From positions 6,188 through 70,187 of the forward strand of contig PLZJ01000002.1 in the NCBI GenBank assembly GCA_003152105.1: DNA of 64,000 nt, read 5' to 3'. Below are positions 49,013 through 58,141 of the stretch, in pieces (positions within the stretch are counted from its first letter, which is position 1; every line of letters starts with the position of its first letter). Under the pieces are notes generated by a model, which made no database searches, was not told where the DNA came from, and was given only the letters and a program-made list of their open reading frames with translations. The position numbers and the translations under genes are program-made. The stretch is from Candidatus Levyibacteriota bacterium. GTDB taxonomy: Bacteria > Patescibacteriota > Microgenomatia > Levybacterales > UBA12049.

Positions 49013-49077
49013 ACGTTACAATCAAAAAAATAATACGTCCTAGATTTTTGTCAAGAGGCAATTTTAATTTCCCAAAG

Positions 49078-49086
49078 TTATCCACA
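49078..49086 (+). promoter_or_regulatory. Single perfect DnaA box
   Basis: TTATCCACA, about 100 bp upstream of the promoter at 49183. Confidence 0.4.
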
Positions 49087-49182
49087 ATTTTTCTGATAAT
49101 TTTTTTGGATTGCTAAATCAATCTAAATTCGTATAATTATACTCTAGGTCTATGATAAATTTCTACTAAATTTTCTATAGGT

Positions 49183-49211
49183 TTGACATATAATTTAGGG
49201 TGTGATAAAAT
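49183..49211 (+). promoter_or_regulatory. sigma70-type promoter
   Basis: TTGACA-17-TAAAAT with an extended TG, 9 nt before ATG 49221. Confidence 0.75.
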
Positions 49212-49220
49212 ATTTTTGAT

Positions 49221-49379
49221 ATGAAACTGATAACTGTCCTTCGAAGAATATTTAACAAAACACAAGCATCATCACAATCAGTTATTGATGTAACTCAATC
49301 TGTACTAAATAAACAAGGGAAAGAACAATTTAAAAAGTTATTGGATAAGGGATTGCAAGTTCCAGTTGCTTTATTATAA
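49221..49379 (+). CDS. Small protein (52 aa), not in the ORF track
   Basis: MKLITVLRRIFNKTQASSQSVIDVTQSVLNKQGKEQFKKLLDKGLQVPVALL*, directly after a strong promoter. Confidence 0.65.
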   Translation: MKLITVLRRIFNKTQASSQSVIDVTQSVLNKQGKEQFKKLLDKGLQVPVALL

Positions 49380-49408
49380 ATCGTTCGTTAAAAGACAGGT
49401 AAAAAGAC

Positions 49409-49518
49409 AAAAAAAGAGCATCGCTTTCGTTACTCTGGATGATTTATCGGCACGAAAAGCAATGCTCCTTATGAAAACGGCAGTTAGTTCTTTAGGCAGG
49501 TAAAATAACTAAATGCGC
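49409..49518 (-). ncRNA. Candidate sRNA of about 110 nt ending in an intrinsic terminator
   Basis: Minus-strand TTGACA (49553-49548)-17-TATAAA; hairpin at 49416-49467 followed by a U-run (A7 at 49409-49415 on +). Confidence 0.4.
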
Positions 49519-49630
49519 AACATATTTATAATGCAGCCGTTGTATTTTGTCAAGAAAAATCGACGAGGCTAAAAACATTAGTTTGTCTTATAATACCTTG
49601 ATATTTCATGCAATAATTTTCGTTATTTGC

Positions 49631-49671
49631 TATGAAGGTACGGTTATTGGGCAGGTAATCGTACCTTCATA
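49631..49671 (+). other. 17-bp hairpin with TGGGCAG loop
   Basis: TATGAAGGTACGGTTAT / GTAATCGTACCTTCATA. Both imperfect pairs are G-U on the + strand. Confidence 0.7.
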
Positions 49672-49761
49672 AGAGATAATGATAATAATTTCTTAACACC
49701 CTTATACTTATACCCCAGACCTTTTAAAATGCACGTAGAGCAATCTTTTGAATATAGTGAG

Positions 49762-50535
49762 TTATTTACTACTAGTTCCTAAAATAATAACTATTGAGGC
49801 GTTTGGAGGAGCAATTTCTCCTTGTGGCATTTGACTTATTGTTCCATTAAGACCTTTTGCTAAGGTTTGTGCTTGCGTTGTTTGGTTTCCGCTAATGTCA
49901 ACAATAATTGTTGTAGTATATGTACTCTTTACTGCATTTCCTTTACTTATGACATTTGCTGTGGGATCTGCTGTTTTTAATTTATCCTCGATAGTTCTTG
50001 TAAAGCCTACAATTTGTGTCCCATTTAGCAAAGCAACAGAAACTTTTTGAGGAGTTGGACTACTTCCTTGAGTTGTTTGCTGAGTGCTTTGCGTTACTCC
50101 AAATGGCCCAACATTTACTAACTTATTTGTTGTTGGATCGTAAATTATTGCTTTTTTTGCGTTTGCATATATTAACACCTTATCTCCATTTTTTGCGTTT
50201 GTAAAAAACAATTGTCCTTTTAATTTACTAATATCTGTAATAGTAGCTATTGTAGGTACTTCAGAAGGTAAATCGATTAATTTGCCGACTTCTTCAATAA
50301 CCTGATTAGTTTGCGCAGCAGGAGTACTTAATTTTGTTTTCTGATTTTGTACAAAAAAATATACGCCTATAATAATTAATAGGAAAAGTACTAAAATTCC
50401 AAACAAAAATAGTATTGTTCTAAATGGAAATTTTTGCTGCACTTTGCCAGTTGCAATAACCTCTTCTTCGAAAAATGAAGTTACTACAACTGGCGCACTA
50501 TCTTCTTTTTTTGCAGCTTTTTTCCTTACCGGCAT
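49762..50535 (-). CDS. Membrane-anchored protein with LytR C-terminal domain
   Basis: TM; LPSEVPTIATI...FFTNAKNGDKVLIY domain; VALLNGTQIVG...GNA...IVIILG (LytR_C). Confidence 0.8.
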   Translation of the reverse strand: MPVRKKAAKKEDSAPVVVTSFFEEEVIATGKVQQKFPFRTILFLFGILVLFLLIIIGVYFFVQNQKTKLSTPAAQTNQVIEEVGKLIDLPSEVPTIATITDISKLKGQLFFTNAKNGDKVLIYANAKKAIIYDPTTNKLVNVGPFGVTQSTQQTTQGSSPTPQKVSVALLNGTQIVGFTRTIEDKLKTADPTANVISKGNAVKSTYTTTIIVDISGNQTTQAQTLAKGLNGTISQMPQGEIAPPNASIVIILGTSSK

Positions 50536-50541
50536 AACTCA

Positions 50542-50570
50542 ATCATAATAAAGCATAGTGTCCTTGTCAA
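50542..50570 (-). promoter_or_regulatory. Leaderless sigma70 promoter
   Basis: TTGACA-17-TATGAT, then 6 nt, then ATG 50535. Confidence 0.75.
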
Positions 50571-50733
50571 CGTGATTACTAAATAAGAAACGCGACACAA
50601 TACTAGATTAGATTGTCGCTACTATTTACAATACTTGCATATTAAATAGCGATAATACATGCGAAAAATTAGCTTTTAATCGCTGGAAAAACGACATATT
50701 TATTGTAACTATTTTTGCTAATTGTTAAAAATC

Positions 50734-50913
50734 CTATCCCACACTCCCTATTGTTTGTTGCTTCATTTTTGCGAGAAGTTGCATTTTGTGATACTTACAA
50801 ATGCCATGAGAATACTTTTGTTGCTTTTTAAGAGGAGTATAGGAATTAACATCACACCAAGCGCAAACTAGAACAACATTAAACTTAATAGGTAGCATAA
50901 TGAATTTTTTCAT
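50734..50913 (-). CDS. Small putative zinc-binding protein (59 aa, CAWC...SHGICxxH), not in the ORF track
   Basis: MKKFIMLPIKFNVVLVCAWCDVNSYTPLKKQQKYSHGICKYHKMQLLAKMKQQTIGSVG*, starting 13 bp after the giant gene stop. Confidence 0.7.
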   Translation of the reverse strand: MKKFIMLPIKFNVVLVCAWCDVNSYTPLKKQQKYSHGICKYHKMQLLAKMKQQTIGSVG

Positions 50914-50926
50914 ACTTATGCAAAAC

Positions 50927-53900
50927 TTAGTTTGTACTGCTCACCTCCTTTCCATCAGAAGTTACCGTTTTAGGATTATCAACACTTACTGCTTGCCAAG
51001 AGAAATACACATTATTAGAAGCTGATTTATCAAGTAATATCTCAAATCCTTTTGTACTTATATTTGTAACGACATAATGAATATTTTCAGAAAGCAATAA
51101 GTTATTAATGGTATTTTGGCAATCACCAATGCTCTGCGAAACCACACAAGTATTGCTTGCGATTTCATTTTTATACTCTTGATCTGTTAACTGAGGCGTA
51201 GAAATTGAAATTGATACAACAGGTGAATTATCATATGGCTTACTAAAGTTAACCTGCACTTTATTTGCATTTTTATTTACAACAGCATATCCTGCAGTAT
51301 CATTATTGAATGTTGCTCTACCACTAAACTGTACATCTTTATGAAAAACAACATTATCAAAGAAATCAGATATTCCAGTAACAATAAGATTATGGGTAGT
51401 AATTGTATCCACTACGCTTAGGACTCCTTCAAATAAACCTCCCCCTTGTACGTCAAGCTCATTTTGTACAAGCGTCATTCCACCACTTGAGGTTAATGAT
51501 GAAGCAATTGATCCAGATGTTGATGCGTTTGGCAAAATCAGAGATGCAAATTGTGCACTGAGTGTACTTGTTTGATTAAAAAGAGAAAAAGATGCTTCTA
51601 GGCTTGCAACGCTTGATTCTAGATTTGCAATTCTATTTAAAAGTACTGTTGAATCTTGTGTAGCAGAATTAGTTGCATTTTTAGAATTAAGCAAACTAGT
51701 AAGCCCCACTATTTGATCTGCATGTATAGATTTTGCGTAAATATCTCCAGCAAATATCGCGTTACCGTTAGAATCTATTGTTAAGGCTGCACTGCTTGAT
51801 GCATCCGATGCAATTATTAGCTTATTGTTTTTACCAATAGATATAAGTAAATCAGAATTTGGCTGTGCTTCAATTTGTCGGGTCATAATGTCTTGCGTTA
51901 CTACTCGAGGAGCTATTACAGATTTTGAAGCAATAAGTTGATCAGCATACACCTGAGATAATCCGCCACTTTGCGTCGAAGCATCACTATTAGTTTGATC
52001 AACTAGTTTACCAAGTGTTTGTAGATCAGAAGTTTGTTGCGATTGACTATCTAAAGTCATACCAACTGGAGAATCGCCATCGACAAATGACCCATTAAAC
52101 GTTGCTGCTTTTATAAATGCAGTAATTTGACCCACTCCTGTGCCGCTATATGATTCCATTGCTTGACCAATTACAGGTCCTGCTTTTATTGCTTTTGCGG
52201 CAACGCCTGGAATTGAAGATGAAGTTAAGTAATCTCCTGGCTTGATGTCTCCATTTTCAGTAGTTACATTTACTGGTACGCGTCCAGAAAGCGCTATTGG
52301 TATTGCCTCACCCCCATTTATTGTTGAATCAGCTTGAGATAATCTAATTCCCGGATTTGCAGAAAAAACACCAATGATATGTTGATCAAATGGCTGTGAC
52401 TTATCTACAAACGTACCTTCATTTGGATCAATACTAACTACATCACCGGGCTGAAGTGTTGTATCACGAGTACCATAATCTTCAGCAACGTCATAAGCTC
52501 CAAAGCTTGTTGTTATGCCATGGTCAAAAACGAATTGACCTGTTGATTGCGATCCTTGATACACACTCGCAGATTGTGATGCAATAAATGAAATAGAACC
52601 GGTATTAAAAAATCCATTTTGCTCAGGTGATTGTGATGTTGATGCATGGAATACTAATGAATATGATTGGTCAAGCGTATTAGTATACTGATATATCTCA
52701 GCACTTCCACTCATTTTTTCTGTACCTGCAAATAAACTACCATTATATGGCTGTAACACAGTTACGCCATCAATTGCAGTTGTACACGTACCATTGTTAC
52801 ATTGAGCATTTGTTGGGCCACCTATTTGACCAGCAGCACCTTGAGAAACACGTGTCCAATTTGTGTCACCATCATAACGATAAACTTCAGCTTTTCCTCC
52901 TGGATCATTAGAATTTCCAATGAGCGTTCCGATATATAACTTATTGTTATATACAGCCATTGACGAAACTTGATCAATTGATCCTGTGCCTCCAGTAGCA
53001 ATAGTACCTTGAGCTGATGAAACTATTACAAAATTTGTAGCAGTTTGACTAGCCCATGTATTCGAATCGTCAACCCTCATTACTTCAGCTTTTGCTTTTT
53101 GAGTAGTGCCAAAGTATACATGTCCATTCCATTCAGCCATTGCAGTAATTCCATTAACCGTAGTGTCTGGAGGAGAATTACCTTCTGCTACCCATGAGCT
53201 CGTACCTCCAACACCGGTGCTATATACATAAATTGCTCCTAATCCAAATTTGTTAACACCAATATATAAAAGATTATTAGCAACTACCATTGCTGCAACC
53301 GCATCATAAGCTGCAGAACCACCTTGAACAATCGTTCCAGGTACACTGTCAATTGCAGTCCATGTTGTTCCCCCATCATAACGATAAACTTCTGCTCGAC
53401 CATTAGTAGTCCCTGTACCAATAAATAATTTACCGTCATATACTGCCATAGCAGTTATTGCATTAATTTGCGTAGTACCACCACTTCTTATGGTTCCTGC
53501 AGTAGCTTGAGATATGACAGACCAGTTTGTACCATCATATTGGTAGACTTCAGCTCCTCCTGGTTTTGAAGTTCCGACAATCAATCTATTGTTATAAACA
53601 GTCATTGCAGAAATCGTTGAAATATTTGTGGTAGTTAAAATTTGACCTGGTGTTGTTGTTGAAATTCTTGCCCAAATTCCTGTACTACCATTATATCTAT
53701 ATACCTCAGCCGCACTATTTTTTGCGGTTCCAACATAAAGACTTCCGTTATAAACGGTAGATGCTGATATAGAGGCAATACCTGAAGAAGCAGCGGTTGA
53801 AAGTTGTCCAGCTGCATTTGAAACTGCTGTCCATGTCTGAGTTGCAGCAGCAGCTGTATTTGCCTGACTACCAATCATGATATTTCCGCCTTCTACATCC

Positions 53901-56900
53901 AATTTTTGCGCAGCACTTGAAGTACCGATTCCTATGTTTCCATTTTGTTGTATCACAAACTGAGTTAATCCAGAAGATGAAGCGGTAAATAAATCTCCTA
54001 GTCCATTATTATTCACTACAAGCGAAGCGAAAGAAGTAGTTCCAGATACTGAAGCAACAGATAATGTTCCACTATTTCCTCTAATATCAAAATTGGATAG
54101 AGGTGTCGAAGTACCAAATCCAAATCTCGTTGTTGCGCTAGAGGTGCCTATCAAAACATTTCCGTTTGCATTGATACGCAAATCCCCTTCACCAAAAACT
54201 GAGGAATCCCAATTGGTACCAATTTCAATAGCATTTTGTGAAGTTGTTCCTACACTCGCTTTTGCTAAACCATCGATAAATAACCCATCTGTTGGAGAAT
54301 TTATTATCCCTCCTACGCCTGTTGGAGTTATTCTTATGCCACCAGCTAATCCACCCGTAGCGGTATTATTGTTGTTTATGATAGATTTAAATCCAGAAAT
54401 AATATTTCCTGATGCAGGTTTTACATTCCACGTAGTTTGAAGTGCATTAATTCCTGATACAGTTGGTTCTTGCCCTACTACATTACCAATATCTACCAAA
54501 TCGTTAGCTGGTAAAAATCCAGCATCTATTTCTAGATTTTGCGCAGTAGGTCTTAAATTACCGATTTCAACTACACCACTATTTGTAATAGTAAATCTTG
54601 TAAGACCTGATGACGAAGCAGTGAATATGTCTCCTGCCCCTTTATTATCGATCAATACTGCTGCAAAGGACGTTTTGGCTGAAATGCTTGAGGCAGGTGT
54701 CGTTCCAATTGTTGAGCCAGCAATACCTAAGGCACTTGCTGCGTTAATATCAAATTGACCATTCATAAATCCATCTGGCGTTTTTCCAGGAGATAGATTT
54801 ATAATTCCAAAGTCAGCGGAAGCAGTAGAAACACCACCTATAAGAAGATCTGTTGTAGTATTACCAAGTGCTGTATATCCTCCATTCGCAACACCTATAC
54901 CACTTTGTTGTATCCAATAATTAGGCCCCTGAGAACCGGTAGCGCAACTTCCCCATGATGGCGCAGTACCTGTTCCTCCCGATACTAAACAATTTCCGTT
55001 TGCTGCCGTGGTTGCAGCGAGTATATTACCTGAAGAGTTAGTATATAGAACGCTATTATTACCCGTAGTATACGTAGCACCATTTACCGTTACGTTTCCG
55101 TTATTGTTAATAATAAAACGAGCAAGTCCCGAAGTAGATGCGGTAAATAAGTCGCCTTTACCGGTATTATCAATAACAACAGATGCAAATGAAGTTGAAC
55201 CTGAAATTGATGCAATTGGAAGAGTGCCAAAATTAGCAGCAGTAATATTATTAGCGGCTGCAGAACGAATATCGAGTGTTGCTAGTGGTAAATTTGGACT
55301 CGCGTTATTTAATGTTAAAAATCCAGGCAAATACGTTTGTCCGTTTTGTATCGATACCTCCCAGTTAGAATTGTTTGAATAATAAAACCCTGGACTATAT
55401 GTATTTCCATTTGTATCAACCTTAAAACTTCCACTATCTGTTTGTATTGCATTTTTCGAGGGCACTCCCCCATTATTTGCACCTGGAATTTCTAAGTAAG
55501 CCTGCGGATTTACTACTCCTATCCCAACATTTCCGTTATTTTGTATAACAAAGCGAGTAAGCCCAGAAGAGGAGGCAGTAAATATATCACCCAGATTTGC
55601 TGTTCCTCCTTTGTTATCAACTACTAAACCTGCATAGGCAGAATTTGCAGAGATAGACGCAGTTGGAGCATTGGTTCCAACAATCTGAAACAATGAAGAT
55701 GGAGCTGTTGTACCGATACCAAGATTACCAGCTAGATAATTTTGATAGGTTGATGAATCATAGATTCCATAGTTACCTGATGGCACCGATTGTGTCCCTA
55801 AAAGAGCAAGTGTGTTGTTAGTTGCAGCAGATAGACCAACAACATTAAGTCCTGCTTGATTGGTAACCTCACCTCCTGAAAAGGATTGAGCGTCTTCAGC
55901 AAAAAAGCCAATATTTGTTCCAACTATTCCAGTATAGGTACCATCATTCTTAAGCTTAGAATCAACGATATAAACCGTAGAAACACTATGCGAGGTTCCA
56001 GACAAACGAATATTAGTTTGTGTTCCATAGATTCCTCCCCCACTTACCAAATCTACCCCAGGAACAAAGGCAGCTTGATTTCTTATGCCCTCTGTTTGCG
56101 CATCTGCATTCACATTTATTGTTGGGGCAATAAGGACACCTTGACTTGTACCAGCTGCCGTATTACTTACTGTGACGCTTCCATTAAGAGTTAAGTCAGA
56201 TGTGACTGCTGAAGTTCCTGTTGCAGATCCTCCTAGTAAAATAACTGCCGTATTTGAAACAGTCCCGTTAACATTTAATGGGTTAGGTGGGTTCGTTACA
56301 TTAACTCCTATGCCAACATTACCATTACTGGTAAGAATAAGTGAAGATTGTCCTCCTGGTTTGAATTGTATGTCTCCTGTTGTAGAACCTCCAAGCGTTA
56401 ACATGGTTCTTCCAACAGTTTGCACATCTCCTCCTGCGTCAATATATACTCCTGACTTTTCTGAAGTTCCTGAAGAAGAAAGACCTGCAGAAACAGACGC
56501 AGTTGGTAGTCCCCCACCAATGACATTAAGAACTGAGAATTCTGCAGAGGAAGTAGCAGTACCACCAATGAGAAGATCTGAAGTTAGATTACCAAGAGCA
56601 GTATATCCTCCGTTGGAAACACCAATACCTGATTGTTGTATCCAGTAATTAGCTCCTGCAGTACCACTACCGCAACTTCCCCATGTTGGCAATCCAGTAC
56701 CGTTTGTTGTTAAACAAGTTCCCGTTGCAGCAGCTCCTGTTACTGCTTGGCCTAAATTATTTGAACTATCGACATAGAGTACCGCATTGGAATTTGATGA
56801 TCCTCCTCCAAAGCCAGGTAATTTTATAGTGACACCAGATGATCTACCCAAGGTAATTTGATTTGAATTCGCACCTGCGAGTAGTAAAGTATTTGAACCA

Positions 56901-57643
56901 TTGGTATCTAATGAAAGTCCACCTGCAGCATTTGGTTGAAGCAGTACGGGAGTAGTTCCTGTAATTGAAAGACCATTATATGTTTTGCTAGTCAAATTTT
57001 GCGCTGTTGCTAAATCTACAAGTGAGATTGAACCAGTAGTAGGTAATGTTGCATTTGTAGTACCTGAGGCAGTAAAAGTTAATGTGCTTCCAGAAGTATT
57101 TGCAAATGCTATCGTTGAACCATTTGCAACTTGTAAAGTTCCAGATGTACTAGCATTTCCAGAAGTATCTTGTACAGTTAATCCAGCTACGGTTTGAGAA
57201 TTAAACGCATACGGAACAGCTGTAAATTGCACTCTAGGACTCATCTCGCTATCACCAGTATTAGTTCCATTTTGGTCTTTTGTTATCTGGATTCCCAAAT
57301 ACATTCCAGACCAGTTGAAGTTAATACTTGCTGGAAGTGCCGTAGTCGCTCCCAAAGGTACTCGAAAAATTCCATTCGTCGTCGTAACGCTATCTGTTTC
57401 AGTCCAAAATTGAGTTCCAGATCCAACATTTGGGTTATTATAAATACTAAAAACTACTGTGTATGTTCCATCTGGTACATTTGTTCCATCAGATTTTACT
57501 AATTTTCCTTGAAAATTAATTTGTGGATTTATCCCTGTTGCTGAAAAAATTGGGTATGGTAAATATCCAAAAAAGAGAGATATAATTAACATACTCCAAA
57601 AAGAAAAAAATACTAAATGTTTTGCAAAAATATGTCGTAACAT
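50927..57643 (-). CDS. Giant (2238 aa) secreted fibre/adhesin with beta-propeller and Peptidase_G2/IMC-like domain
   Basis: Signal peptide; QINFQGKLV domain; GNVGIG repeats; about 7 (S/A)MAVYN.KLYIGT...AEVYRYDG blades (about 52680-53790); DVAEDY...GDVV...IALSGRVPVNV...GDYLTSS. Confidence 0.85.
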   Translation of the reverse strand: MLRHIFAKHLVFFSFWSMLIISLFFGYLPYPIFSATGINPQINFQGKLVKSDGTNVPDGTYTVVFSIYNNPNVGSGTQFWTETDSVTTTNGIFRVPLGATTALPASINFNWSGMYLGIQITKDQNGTNTGDSEMSPRVQFTAVPYAFNSQTVAGLTVQDTSGNASTSGTLQVANGSTIAFANTSGSTLTFTASGTTNATLPTTGSISLVDLATAQNLTSKTYNGLSITGTTPVLLQPNAAGGLSLDTNGSNTLLLAGANSNQITLGRSSGVTIKLPGFGGGSSNSNAVLYVDSSNNLGQAVTGAAATGTCLTTNGTGLPTWGSCGSGTAGANYWIQQSGIGVSNGGYTALGNLTSDLLIGGTATSSAEFSVLNVIGGGLPTASVSAGLSSSGTSEKSGVYIDAGGDVQTVGRTMLTLGGSTTGDIQFKPGGQSSLILTSNGNVGIGVNVTNPPNPLNVNGTVSNTAVILLGGSATGTSAVTSDLTLNGSVTVSNTAAGTSQGVLIAPTINVNADAQTEGIRNQAAFVPGVDLVSGGGIYGTQTNIRLSGTSHSVSTVYIVDSKLKNDGTYTGIVGTNIGFFAEDAQSFSGGEVTNQAGLNVVGLSAATNNTLALLGTQSVPSGNYGIYDSSTYQNYLAGNLGIGTTAPSSLFQIVGTNAPTASISANSAYAGLVVDNKGGTANLGDIFTASSSGLTRFVIQNNGNVGIGVVNPQAYLEIPGANNGGVPSKNAIQTDSGSFKVDTNGNTYSPGFYYSNNSNWEVSIQNGQTYLPGFLTLNNASPNLPLATLDIRSAAANNITAANFGTLPIASISGSTSFASVVIDNTGKGDLFTASTSGLARFIINNNGNVTVNGATYTTGNNSVLYTNSSGNILAATTAANGNCLVSGGTGTAPSWGSCATGSQGPNYWIQQSGIGVANGGYTALGNTTTDLLIGGVSTASADFGIINLSPGKTPDGFMNGQFDINAASALGIAGSTIGTTPASSISAKTSFAAVLIDNKGAGDIFTASSSGLTRFTITNSGVVEIGNLRPTAQNLEIDAGFLPANDLVDIGNVVGQEPTVSGINALQTTWNVKPASGNIISGFKSIINNNNTATGGLAGGIRITPTGVGGIINSPTDGLFIDGLAKASVGTTSQNAIEIGTNWDSSVFGEGDLRINANGNVLIGTSSATTRFGFGTSTPLSNFDIRGNSGTLSVASVSGTTSFASLVVNNNGLGDLFTASSSGLTQFVIQQNGNIGIGTSSAAQKLDVEGGNIMIGSQANTAAAATQTWTAVSNAAGQLSTAASSGIASISASTVYNGSLYVGTAKNSAAEVYRYNGSTGIWARISTTTPGQILTTTNISTISAMTVYNNRLIVGTSKPGGAEVYQYDGTNWSVISQATAGTIRSGGTTQINAITAMAVYDGKLFIGTGTTNGRAEVYRYDGGTTWTAIDSVPGTIVQGGSAAYDAVAAMVVANNLLYIGVNKFGLGAIYVYSTGVGGTSSWVAEGNSPPDTTVNGITAMAEWNGHVYFGTTQKAKAEVMRVDDSNTWASQTATNFVIVSSAQGTIATGGTGSIDQVSSMAVYNNKLYIGTLIGNSNDPGGKAEVYRYDGDTNWTRVSQGAAGQIGGPTNAQCNNGTCTTAIDGVTVLQPYNGSLFAGTEKMSGSAEIYQYTNTLDQSYSLVFHASTSQSPEQNGFFNTGSISFIASQSASVYQGSQSTGQFVFDHGITTSFGAYDVAEDYGTRDTTLQPGDVVSIDPNEGTFVDKSQPFDQHIIGVFSANPGIRLSQADSTINGGEAIPIALSGRVPVNVTTENGDIKPGDYLTSSSIPGVAAKAIKAGPVIGQAMESYSGTGVGQITAFIKAATFNGSFVDGDSPVGMTLDSQSQQTSDLQTLGKLVDQTNSDASTQSGGLSQVYADQLIASKSVIAPRVVTQDIMTRQIEAQPNSDLLISIGKNNKLIIASDASSSAALTIDSNGNAIFAGDIYAKSIHADQIVGLTSLLNSKNATNSATQDSTVLLNRIANLESSVASLEASFSLFNQTSTLSAQFASLILPNASTSGSIASSLTSSGGMTLVQNELDVQGGGLFEGVLSVVDTITTHNLIVTGISDFFDNVVFHKDVQFSGRATFNNDTAGYAVVNKNANKVQVNFSKPYDNSPVVSISISTPQLTDQEYKNEIASNTCVVSQSIGDCQNTINNLLLSENIHYVVTNISTKGFEILLDKSASNNVYFSWQAVSVDNPKTVTSDGKEVSSTN

Positions 57644-57705
57644 AACTATTAGAATTAAATACCTCTATTAATAAGTATTTAGTTTGTGAAAATTAGAGTC
57701 AAATT

Positions 57706-57765
57706 TTGACATTTTTTGCATAAAATTGTATATTATTGTTATAAATTGCATATAGTTGTGAAAAG
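57706..57765 (+). promoter_or_regulatory. Promoter TTGACA-17-TATATT overlapped by six TTG repeats in exact 10-bp phase
   Basis: TTGACATTTT TTGCATAAAA TTGTATATTA TTGTTATAAA TTGCATATAG TTGTGAAAAG starting at 57706, 57716, 57726, 57736, 57746 and 57756. Confidence 0.75.
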
Positions 57766-57851
57766 TAAAATAGAACCTAATTTCACTACTTTGAGGTCAA
57801 AAGTAACAAATTAATATATTAAAAATGAGATAATTTTATTTAGGAAAATAT

Positions 57852-58139
57852 ATGGATAATTTATTAAATATTAATCAAGTCGCATTTATTTTAAAAGTGC
57901 ATCCCCTAACTGTTAGAAGGTACATTAAGGAAGGGAAATTAAAAGCAGTAAAAGTTGCTGGCAATGTAAGAATAAAAGAAGCAATGCTCCAAGATTTCAA
58001 TAGCAAAGAATTTACACCAACACCCAAAGAATTTCCAAAATTTCGCTTAAATAAAAATCCCGCAAAGCTATTTTCTAAAGATGATCCATTTTTTAGATTA
58101 CAAGGGAGAGGAGCAAGTCTTCACTTGTCAGATAAATAG
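57852..58139 (+). CDS. Excisionase/BldC-like HTH_17 DNA-binding protein with C-terminal extension
   Basis: LLNINQVAFILKVHPLTVRRYIKEGKLKAVKVAGNVRI. Confidence 0.88.
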   Translation: MDNLLNINQVAFILKVHPLTVRRYIKEGKLKAVKVAGNVRIKEAMLQDFNSKEFTPTPKEFPKFRLNKNPAKLFSKDDPFFRLQGRGASLHLSDK

Positions 58140-58141
58140 TT

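Noticed and set aside
28228-56651. Active shufflon or inversion between the oppositely oriented giants through shared repeats
   Set aside because: The shared blocks are conserved as protein but differ at many synonymous positions (for example the GGYTALGNTTTDLL copies), and no catalytic recombinase is present. This points to old duplication under purifying selection rather than recent exchange.
22277-58139. Prophage or integrative element (integrase-like, Xis-like and tail-fibre-like domains)
   Set aside because: No catalytic integrase, capsid, terminase or att repeats. Housekeeping genes (rho, tRNAs) are interspersed.
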